Positions 25,784-32,684 of a stretch of 32,684 nt of DNA are shown in pieces. How positions within the stretch are numbered: position 1 is the stretch's first letter; the number at the start of each line of letters is the position of its first letter. The notes below the pieces were generated by a model, which searched no databases, was not told where the DNA came from, and worked only from the letters and a program-made list of their open reading frames with translations. The DNA lies in contig JAFVTI010000051.1 of NCBI GenBank assembly GCA_017503325.1, positions 1-32,684 on the forward strand, in the 5' to 3' direction. Both the position numbers and the translations under genes were made by a program. Origin of the DNA: Clostridia bacterium (GTDB taxonomy: Bacteria; Bacillota; Clostridia; Oscillospirales; CAG-272).

Positions 25784-26754
25784 TATCTCTCCTCAAACAC
25801 AGCCTCGGTGGGAACGGTGACCATACCGAGAATGTCTTCTATGACGTTATACGCCGCATTCTTATGAATACGCGCGGAATTTTCCAGCATGATTCTGTGG
25901 TCCAGCACAGGGTGTGCGGCACGCTTGACGTCGTCCGGAATGACGTAGTTTCTGCCCGCAATGGCAGCGTATCCCTTGGAGGCTCTCATCAAGGAAAGCG
26001 CACCGCGGGGGCTGACGCCCAGAATAACCTTGGGATATTTTCTGGTTCTCTCCACGATGTTGGTAATGTAGCTCATCAGCTCGCGGCAAACGTACACCTT
26101 GGGCAGCTCCTCGATCGCGCGGCAAAGCTCCTGCTCGGTGACCACGGGCGAAAGCGTCTCCAGAGGGCTTGCCTTATCAAAACGCTCCAGAATGTTGACG
26201 CCCTCGATGTGGTTGGGATATTCCATGCTGCCCTTCATCAAAAATCTGTCCAGCTGTGCCTCGGGCAGCGGGAAGGTACCCATATTCTCTACGGGGTTCT
26301 GGGTTGCAATGACCATAAAGGGGGCGGCTAAGCGATAGGTCTTACCGTCGATGGTGGTCTGACCCTCTTCCATACATTCCAAAAGACCCGACTGCGTCTT
26401 GGGAGTGGCACGGTTGATCTCGTCCGCGAGCACGATGTTGGCAAAGATCGGGCCGGGCACAAACTCAAACTCGGACTTTTTCATATTAAAGAAGTTGATG
26501 CCCGTGATATCTGAGGGCAACAGGTCGGGCGTGAACTGAATACGCTTGAAGGAGCAGCCAACACTGGCAGCCAGCGACTTGATCAGCATGGTCTTACCCG
26601 TGCCGGGCACGTCCTCCAGCAGCACGTGACCGCCGCACAGCATGGAAACCAGCAGCATATCAATGGTGTCCTCTTTACCTACGATGACCTTACCGATGTT
26701 GTCCTTGATCTTGGTATAAACCTGTGTAATATTCTGCGATACAGAAACCGACAT
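25783..26754 (-). CDS. MoxR-family AAA+ ATPase
   Basis: Walker A LLEDVPGTGKT, Walker B VLADEINRA, and the GTFPLPEAQLDRF motif. The start is ATG with RBS GGAGG. Confidence 0.85.
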   Translation of the reverse strand: MSVSVSQNITQVYTKIKDNIGKVIVGKEDTIDMLLVSMLCGGHVLLEDVPGTGKTMLIKSLAASVGCSFKRIQFTPDLLPSDITGINFFNMKKSEFEFVPGPIFANIVLADEINRATPKTQSGLLECMEEGQTTIDGKTYRLAAPFMVIATQNPVENMGTFPLPEAQLDRFLMKGSMEYPNHIEGVNILERFDKASPLETLSPVVTEQELCRAIEELPKVYVCRELMSYITNIVERTRKYPKVILGVSPRGALSLMRASKGYAAIAGRNYVIPDDVKRAAHPVLDHRIMLENSARIHKNAAYNVIEDILGMVTVPTEAVFEER

Positions 26755-26910
26755 AATTGCCTCCAAAAAATACTTAATCAGTTTATTGTATCATATTTTT
26801 CATAGGCTGTCAAGGGAATGAATCAGCAATACATATTCCTCCCCTACGAAGTATGTAAAGCACAAACAAAATCCCCCGACGAACGTTCTCGTTCGTCGGG
26901 GGAAATCGCA

Positions 26911-27465
26911 TCAGCCCTCCAGCTGTCTGCCAAGGAAGCTTGCGGCGGTCTGCACCAGCTTGCATTCCACGTCGCTGTGCATCTCGCCCGTGCGCTCGAC
27001 TGCCTTATCGGCTACGGACACCACGCAGCCCACAATATCGCCCTCGCTGATGATAGGCATGGCGCAGCTGACGTAATGCGCGGTCTCGTGCGAGATGACG
27101 GGGTACTTCTCTTCCCCCTCGCGCCACAAATACAGTCCTCTGCCCTCGATCACGCCCTCCAGCTCCTCGGAAAGCGACTTATCCGCATATTCCTTGCGCG
27201 GCACGCCCGCAGATGCAATAACCGCGTCGCGGTCACAGATCACCACGCCAAGGCCGCAGATCTTGTGCAAGGTCTCTGCATACTGCCCCGCGAACGACGC
27301 CAGCTCGCCGATGGGCGAATACTTTTTGAAGATGACCTCGCCCTCACGATCGGTAAAAATTTCCAACGGATCTCCCTCTCTGATGCGCATGGTGCGTCTG
27401 ATCTCCTTGGGGATGACCACGCGTCCGAGGTCGTCAATTCTTCTCACAATACCGGTTGCTTTCAT
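26911..27465 (-). CDS. spoVT: Stage V sporulation protein T (AbrB-type N-domain plus GAF domain)
   Basis: MKATGIVRRIDDLGRVVIPKEIRRTMRIREGDPLEIF is the SpoVT/AbrB swapped-hairpin domain, followed by a GAF-like C-terminus. Confidence 0.85.
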   Translation of the reverse strand: MKATGIVRRIDDLGRVVIPKEIRRTMRIREGDPLEIFTDREGEVIFKKYSPIGELASFAGQYAETLHKICGLGVVICDRDAVIASAGVPRKEYADKSLSEELEGVIEGRGLYLWREGEEKYPVISHETAHYVSCAMPIISEGDIVGCVVSVADKAVERTGEMHSDVECKLVQTAASFLGRQLEG

Positions 27466-27751
27466 ATATATAAACCTTTCCATACATCAAAATTTCACTG
27501 ATTTGGTGATTTCCAATGATATTATTAGAAGAATTCACGAAATTTATCCAAGTTTGACGGTGGATATTTTTGACATACAAAAAAGGAAGGTTCCGCTTTT
27601 GAAAGAGCATATCGGCCCGTGCCCGGGAATCGCTTGCCTGCAACCGCACTCTGAGCAGCATTGCATGTTTTTTGCCAACGCAATTTTTGCTTACACGATT
27701 GATTTTTTTCGCATGATATGCTATAATGTGCAAAGCCCCCGGAGGAAGATT

Positions 27752-28642
27752 ATGACGAGTAGAAAAAAACAGGTCGCAGGATATATCTGCGCTATTTTGA
27801 GTGCCGTGATATACGGTTGCATGCCCATCATGGCAACATATATTTATGCAGACGGTGTCACACCCATGACACTGGTTTTTTTACGCAATGCCCTGGCGCT
27901 CCCCAGCCTGGCCCTGCTCGCTCTTTTGCAAAAAAAGACGCTGTGGCGTCCCATTCGGAAAATATTGTCGTTGGGAATTCCCGCGCTGTTTGGCTGTGTG
28001 CTGACACCCGTTTTGCTGTTTTCCTCCTACGTATACGTTGCCTCCGGCATTGCAACCGTGTTCCACTTCGTATATCCTTGCCTTGTGCTTCTGATCGGTC
28101 TTGTTTTTTTGCACAAGCGCGTCTCTCCCGCCGTTGTGGTCAGCGTGATCCTGTGTCTTGCAGGCGTGCTGCTCTTTTACGATCCGCATGCCACCATTTC
28201 TCCGCTGGGCGTAGCCCTTGCACTTGGTTCGGCTTTGGCGTTTGCTATTTACGTCGTGCTGCTCTCCCGTTTTCAAAGCGCAGAGTTTTCCGGCTTTGCC
28301 TTTTGCTTTTACGTAGCGCTCTGGAGCAGTGTGATCATGCTGATCCTCTGCTTATGTACGGGGCAGCTTTCCCTGCCTGCCACACTCGGCGGCTGGGGAC
28401 TCAGCCTTCTGTTTGCTACTTCGGTTACCACCGGCGCAGTCGTACTGTTTCAGCAGGGATCTCTGCTCATCGGCGGTGAGAAGGCATCCATTCTCAGTGC
28501 GCTTGAGCCCATCACGGGCGTGGTGATCGGCATCGTGTTCATGCACGAGCAAAGCAAGCCCGCTGTATTGATCGGCTCGGCGTTGGTCATAGCCTCCAGC
28601 ATTCTGACCACCATTGCGGACCTTGTCAAAAAAGAAGAGTAA
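27752..28642 (+). CDS. EamA/DMT-family transporter
   Basis: RBS GGAGGA with ATG at 27752. 297 aa with about 10 transmembrane helices. The 515-aa ORF-track fusion with antisense spoVT sequence is rejected. Confidence 0.7.
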   Translation: MTSRKKQVAGYICAILSAVIYGCMPIMATYIYADGVTPMTLVFLRNALALPSLALLALLQKKTLWRPIRKILSLGIPALFGCVLTPVLLFSSYVYVASGIATVFHFVYPCLVLLIGLVFLHKRVSPAVVVSVILCLAGVLLFYDPHATISPLGVALALGSALAFAIYVVLLSRFQSAEFSGFAFCFYVALWSSVIMLILCLCTGQLSLPATLGGWGLSLLFATSVTTGAVVLFQQGSLLIGGEKASILSALEPITGVVIGIVFMHEQSKPAVLIGSALVIASSILTTIADLVKKEE

Positions 28643-28694
28643 ACAAAATAGAGCTGTCCCAAATCACTCCGCTGTTCTTTTTGAAAAAATAAAT

Positions 28695-28760
28695 ATCCCC
28701 CCGTTATTGAACTGCCCCAATTTGTGCGGACAGTTCATTATACGGGGGGATATTTATTTG
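28695..28760. terminator. Large bidirectional hairpin terminator between convergent genes
   Basis: CCCCCCGTTATTGAACTG…CAGTTCATTATACGGGGGG flanked by A/T tracts. Confidence 0.5.
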
Positions 28761-28764
28761 AAGA

Positions 28765-29739
28765 TTATCTTTGTCCTTTGTCGTAAGGAATACCCTCTGC
28801 CTTGGGTGCGCGCGATTTTTTGGAGGTAAACGCAAGCACCAGCAGTACGACCACGTAAGGCACGAGATTATAGAAGTAGATGGGAAGTCCCAGCTCCTTG
28901 AGCGCAAAGATGCCGTCGCCGTTGATATCCAGCGATGCATAGGTTGCGCCGATGCACTTGAGCAGGCCGAACAAAAGCGAGCCGAACGCAATGCCAACAG
29001 GCTTCCAGTTGCCAAAAATCATGATAGCCAGCGCCAAGAAGCCCATGCCGGCAACCGTGCCCTCGGCCGTGCCGCTGGCGGTGGTTGCGATATAGATATA
29101 ACCGCCAAGGCCTGCAAGCGCGCCCGAAATGGTGGTACCCAGATAACGCATACGTGCGACGTTGATGCCCACGCTGTCCGCTGCCTGCGGATGCTCACCG
29201 CACGCGCGCAGACGCAAGCCGTACTTGGTCTTGTAAAGCAGGATGGACAGCACCACGAACAGCGCAATGACGATATACGTGGAGATAAACATCTTATCAA
29301 AGAAGGGCTTGAAAACGTCGTTCATGTCGGGATTGGAAATGATAAAGCCGAGTGCCTTGGGCATGGAGAGTCTGTCCTGCATGGACACGATCTTGACGAT
29401 CAGCAGCGTCACGGCGGGTGCGAGCATATTGAGTGCCGTACCGCCAATAGTCTGATCCGCCTTGAGATTGATGGCCGAGAACGAAAGCAGCAGCGAGAAC
29501 AGCGCCCCCGCAAGAGCCGCTACCAGCATGGCGATCAGGAAGACGATCTGCGTATTGTCGCCAAACATACCGGCCGTTTGCATGATATACACGGCCAATG
29601 CGCCCACGAACGAGCCAAAGATCATAATACCGTCAAGCGCGATGTTGATGATACCGCTTCGCTCCGCAAACACGCCCGCAAGCGCAACGATCATGAGCGG
29701 AATGGTATAAACCAGCGTTTGTTGAATGAGAAAGGTCAT
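28765..29739 (-). CDS. ABC transporter permease (CUT2/BMP-type, YufQ/NupQ-like)
   Basis: 324 aa polytopic membrane protein; ATGA overlap with the upstream permease. Confidence 0.7.
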   Translation of the reverse strand: MTFLIQQTLVYTIPLMIVALAGVFAERSGIINIALDGIMIFGSFVGALAVYIMQTAGMFGDNTQIVFLIAMLVAALAGALFSLLLSFSAINLKADQTIGGTALNMLAPAVTLLIVKIVSMQDRLSMPKALGFIISNPDMNDVFKPFFDKMFISTYIVIALFVVLSILLYKTKYGLRLRACGEHPQAADSVGINVARMRYLGTTISGALAGLGGYIYIATTASGTAEGTVAGMGFLALAIMIFGNWKPVGIAFGSLLFGLLKCIGATYASLDINGDGIFALKELGLPIYFYNLVPYVVVLLVLAFTSKKSRAPKAEGIPYDKGQR

Positions 29740-30950
29740 TTGCCGTCTTCCTCCTTCCCTGCTTGTGTCGCGTCATCTGCTTTGATTGCGACGTCAGCTT
29801 TTTCAGCCTTGGCCGCCTTGCGTCTGGAAAGCAGATCCTTGATCAGCTTGGAAAAGCCTGCAAAGTAAATGATGACCGCGATGATCAGGTCGGACACGTA
29901 CTCATTGTAAGCGGTAAAGCCCGCAAGGTTGTATCCGCCCTTATCGATATAGCGCAAGAACCCCGAGCCGAAAATGACGCCCAGCGGATTGTTGCTTGCC
30001 AGCAGCGCAACGGGAATGCCGTTAAAGCCCGTGTCGGGCAGCTTGCCGTAGGTATTCCAGGCAAGCTCTGCGCCGCCGTTGAGGAAATAGAGCGATGCGC
30101 CCAATGCTGCAAGTCCGCCTGCGAGGGCCATGGACAGCACGATGTTGCGCTTTTCGTTCATGCCCGCATACTTAGCTGCGTTTTTATTGTGACCGCACGC
30201 CTTGAGCTCGTAGCCCAGCGTGGTTTTGTTGAGCAGAATAAAGATCAGAATCGCGATCGCAATGGCAATAAAGATGCCGATATCGATATTCGAGCCCGGG
30301 AACAGCTTGTCCAGTCCCAGCTTGGGGGTGGACACGCCGTTGGCGGTGGTGGGCAGCGTATACGCCGACTTACCGCCCGCAGCATTGATGAATTGCTTGT
30401 TATTGTAGAACACCCAGCTGACCACGTTGGCCGCGATCCAGTTGGTCATGATGCATACAATGACCTCGTTGACACCAAGGAAGGCTTTGAAAAATCCGGG
30501 AATCATGCCCCACAGCATACCGCTGATCATGCCCACGAGCAAGGCAAGCAGCCAGACCCAGAAGGCAGTTGCGGGAGTGGTGGGGATGGCCAGCGCAACG
30601 ATGACCGAGCTCATCGCACCCATGAGGTACTGGCCGGGGGCACCGATGTTGAACAGACCTGTTTTGAATGCGATGGCAACCGAGAGACCGGTCAGCATCA
30701 GCGGTGCGGCCTCAAACAGCATATCTCCCAGTACAAACGCGATATTTTTGGATCCGCCGCTGGCGAAAGGTCCTGCTAAGATGATACCAAGACCCTTGAA
30801 CGCATGGGATACGGGAATCTTATCCGAAAACAGCGCAAGGGCAAGCAGCACGAGCCAGCCGACAAAAATGCCCGCTGCAATGCAAAGCAAGGACGAAAGG
30901 ACCGATTTGGTTCCTTCCTTTGCAAAAAACGCTTTGATACGGTTTTTCAC
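29736..30950 (-). CDS. ABC transporter permease (CUT2/BMP-type, YufP/NupP-like)
   Basis: 404 aa polytopic membrane protein; GTG start directly after the ATPase stop. Confidence 0.7.
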   Translation of the reverse strand: MKNRIKAFFAKEGTKSVLSSLLCIAAGIFVGWLVLLALALFSDKIPVSHAFKGLGIILAGPFASGGSKNIAFVLGDMLFEAAPLMLTGLSVAIAFKTGLFNIGAPGQYLMGAMSSVIVALAIPTTPATAFWVWLLALLVGMISGMLWGMIPGFFKAFLGVNEVIVCIMTNWIAANVVSWVFYNNKQFINAAGGKSAYTLPTTANGVSTPKLGLDKLFPGSNIDIGIFIAIAIAILIFILLNKTTLGYELKACGHNKNAAKYAGMNEKRNIVLSMALAGGLAALGASLYFLNGGAELAWNTYGKLPDTGFNGIPVALLASNNPLGVIFGSGFLRYIDKGGYNLAGFTAYNEYVSDLIIAVIIYFAGFSKLIKDLLSRRKAAKAEKADVAIKADDATQAGKEEDGK

Positions 30951-32531
30951 TTACTCTGCCTCCTTTCCCTCGCGGCGCTTTGCGCCTGCCATATAAAGTC
31001 CGAGCTCCTGTACCGTGGTAGCCTTGGGATCCAGCTCACCCACGATCTCGCCCTCATACATCACCAAAATGCGATCGGACAAGCTCATGACCTCGTCCAG
31101 CTCCAGCGAGACAAGCAGCACAGCCGTGCCGCGATCTCTTGAGCCTACGATCTGCTTGTGGATATACTCAATTGCGCCAACGTCCAAGCCGCGCGTGGGC
31201 TGTACCGCAACCAGCAGCTTGTGCTCACGATCCATCTCGCGCGCCACGATCGCCTTTTGCTGGTTACCGCCCGACATGGAGCGCGAGGTGGTGACCGCTC
31301 CCTGACCCGAGCGCACGTCAAAGCGCTCGATCAGATCGTCGGTGTAGGTGCGCACCTCTTCAAAGCGGATGAATCCGCCCTTTTGAAATTGCGACTCAAA
31401 ATACCTCTGCAGCACCATATTCTGCTCCAGCGTATAGTCCAGCACAAGGCCATGCTTGTGTCTGTCCTCGGGGATATGGCTCATGCCGTGTGTATTTCTG
31501 TAACGAATGCTCTTTTTGGTAATATCCTCGCCAAGCAGCCTGATGCTGCCGCCCGAGGTTTTGACAAGGCCTGTCAGCGCGTGCACAAACTCGGTCTGTC
31601 CGTTGCCGTCAATGCCCGCGATGCAGACGATCTCGCCCTCGCGTACGTTCAGGGAGACATTATGAACCGCATCCTTTTTGCCCGCGCCGCCCTTGACGCT
31701 CAGATTGTTGATCTGGAGCACGGTCTCGCCGGGTTGTGCGGGCTCCTTATCCACCACGAACTTGACGTCGCGTCCGACCATCATATTGGAAAGCTCTTCC
31801 TTGGTGGTCTGTGCCACGTTGACCGTACCGATATATTTGCCCTTACGCAGCACGGTGCATCTGTCCGCGACCGCCATGATCTCGTTGAGCTTATGCGTGA
31901 TAAACAGAATGGATTTCCCTTCTGCCGCCAGTCCGCGCATGACACCCATCAGCTCGTCGATCTCCTGCGGGGTCAGCACTGCGGTGGGCTCGTCAAAGAT
32001 CAGAATCTCGTTGTCACGGTACAGCATTTTGAGAATTTCGGTTCTTTGCTGCATGCCCACCGTGATATTCTCCACCAGTGCGTCCGGATCAACGCCAAGA
32101 CCGTAGGTCTCGGAAAGCTTTAACACCTTTTCTCTTGCCTGCTTCTTTTTGAGAAAGCCCATGGTGTTAGGCTCAACGCCCAGAATGATGTTATCCAGCA
32201 CGGTAAACACGTCCACCAGCTTGAAATGCTGATGCACCATTCCGATCCCCAGCGCATTTGCGTCGTTGGGGTCCTTGATGGAGACAACCTTGCCGTCCTT
32301 CTTGATCTCACCCTTTTCGGGCTGATAAAGGCCGAAAAGCACGCTCATCAGCGTGGATTTTCCCGCACCGTTCTCGCCAAGCAGCGCGTGGATCTCTCCG
32401 CGACGCAGCTGCAGGGTGATATCATCGTTTGCGATGATGCCCGGAAATTCCTTGGTGATGTGACACATTTCGATCACGTAAGGATAGTCCGAGGCCACGG
32501 TGACCGCATCCTTTCTTGTTTGCTCACTCAT
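30951..32531 (-). CDS. ABC transporter ATP-binding protein with two fused ABC domains (sugar/nucleoside type)
   Basis: Two Walker A sites (GENGAGKST and a second with GIDGNGQTE) and two signature LSGG motifs. RBS AAGGAG. Confidence 0.85.
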   Translation of the reverse strand: MSEQTRKDAVTVASDYPYVIEMCHITKEFPGIIANDDITLQLRRGEIHALLGENGAGKSTLMSVLFGLYQPEKGEIKKDGKVVSIKDPNDANALGIGMVHQHFKLVDVFTVLDNIILGVEPNTMGFLKKKQAREKVLKLSETYGLGVDPDALVENITVGMQQRTEILKMLYRDNEILIFDEPTAVLTPQEIDELMGVMRGLAAEGKSILFITHKLNEIMAVADRCTVLRKGKYIGTVNVAQTTKEELSNMMVGRDVKFVVDKEPAQPGETVLQINNLSVKGGAGKKDAVHNVSLNVREGEIVCIAGIDGNGQTEFVHALTGLVKTSGGSIRLLGEDITKKSIRYRNTHGMSHIPEDRHKHGLVLDYTLEQNMVLQRYFESQFQKGGFIRFEEVRTYTDDLIERFDVRSGQGAVTTSRSMSGGNQQKAIVAREMDREHKLLVAVQPTRGLDVGAIEYIHKQIVGSRDRGTAVLLVSLELDEVMSLSDRILVMYEGEIVGELDPKATTVQELGLYMAGAKRREGKEAE

Positions 32532-32684
32532 ATCAAGTGCTCCTTTTTCTTATATTCCGATATTCTGCCTTTTTCTTGTCTGCACGCACATGCAGATAAC
32601 AAAAAGGAAGAACATCCTCCGCCCTTCCCTTTTCAACCGGGCCGTCGGGGCTTTCCCGAGGGAAAGCCCCGCAGCCAAATTTAT

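Noticed and set aside
27095-27751. N-terminal 219 aa of the 515-aa plus-strand ORF fused to the EamA transporter
   Set aside because: This part is antisense to spoVT. The true transporter start is ATG 27752, with RBS GGAGGA and an upstream TATAAT.
32560-32684. Terminator hairpin GGGGCTTTCCCgaggGAAAGCCCC at the window edge
   Set aside because: A strong stem, but no U tract follows on either strand, and the adjacent upstream gene lies off-window. It is noted only as a structure.

Overview
The window looks like a Firmicutes/Clostridia chromosome from a spore-former (spoVG, spoVT and murC are present) with strongly mosaic composition. All family assignments below come from reading motifs by eye, not from database searches.

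Core genes, about 13.75-32.7 kb (GC-rich, mostly minus strand): a GH78 alpha-L-rhamnosidase, MmcQ/YjbR, a secreted MBL-fold lipoprotein, an EEP-family nuclease/phosphatase, murC, spoVG, a YfcE-like phosphoesterase, a DagK-like lipid kinase, three small translationally coupled ORFs, a moxR-DUF58-DUF4129 operon, spoVT, an EamA/DMT transporter and a CUT2/BMP-type ABC transporter (two permeases plus a tandem-ABC ATPase).

Accessory DNA, 1-13.7 kb (lower GC):
- A putative RNA-repair module: a WYL-like regulator (5'-partial), an SPFH/Band-7 protein and the RtcB RNA ligase.
- An orphan tRNA-Asp-like 3' fragment at about 977-1023.
- An integrative mobilizable element of about 8.9 kb (about 3851-12743), bounded by a 12-bp direct repeat (CTTTTTCGGGGG). 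It encodes:
  - an XRE-HTH::AAA-ATPase::DUF4143 (PD-(D/E)xK-like) protein;
  - a LexA/S24-like repressor with its own consensus promoter and operator palindrome;
  - a zinc-ribbon protein, a RidA homolog and an Xis-like HTH protein;
  - a RepA-like AAA_25 ATPase, a candidate oriT, MobC, a relaxase, an array of 7-8 hairpins, and an arm-binding-type tyrosine integrase.
- A tRNA-Ser(UGA) gene (12874-12961, minus strand) followed by three progressively degenerate direct copies of its 5' half (anticodon loop to 5' end) at roughly 200-bp spacing. This looks like a fossil att-site array, but of an unusual 5'-half type.

Many long ORFs antisense to the GC-rich genes are judged spurious.
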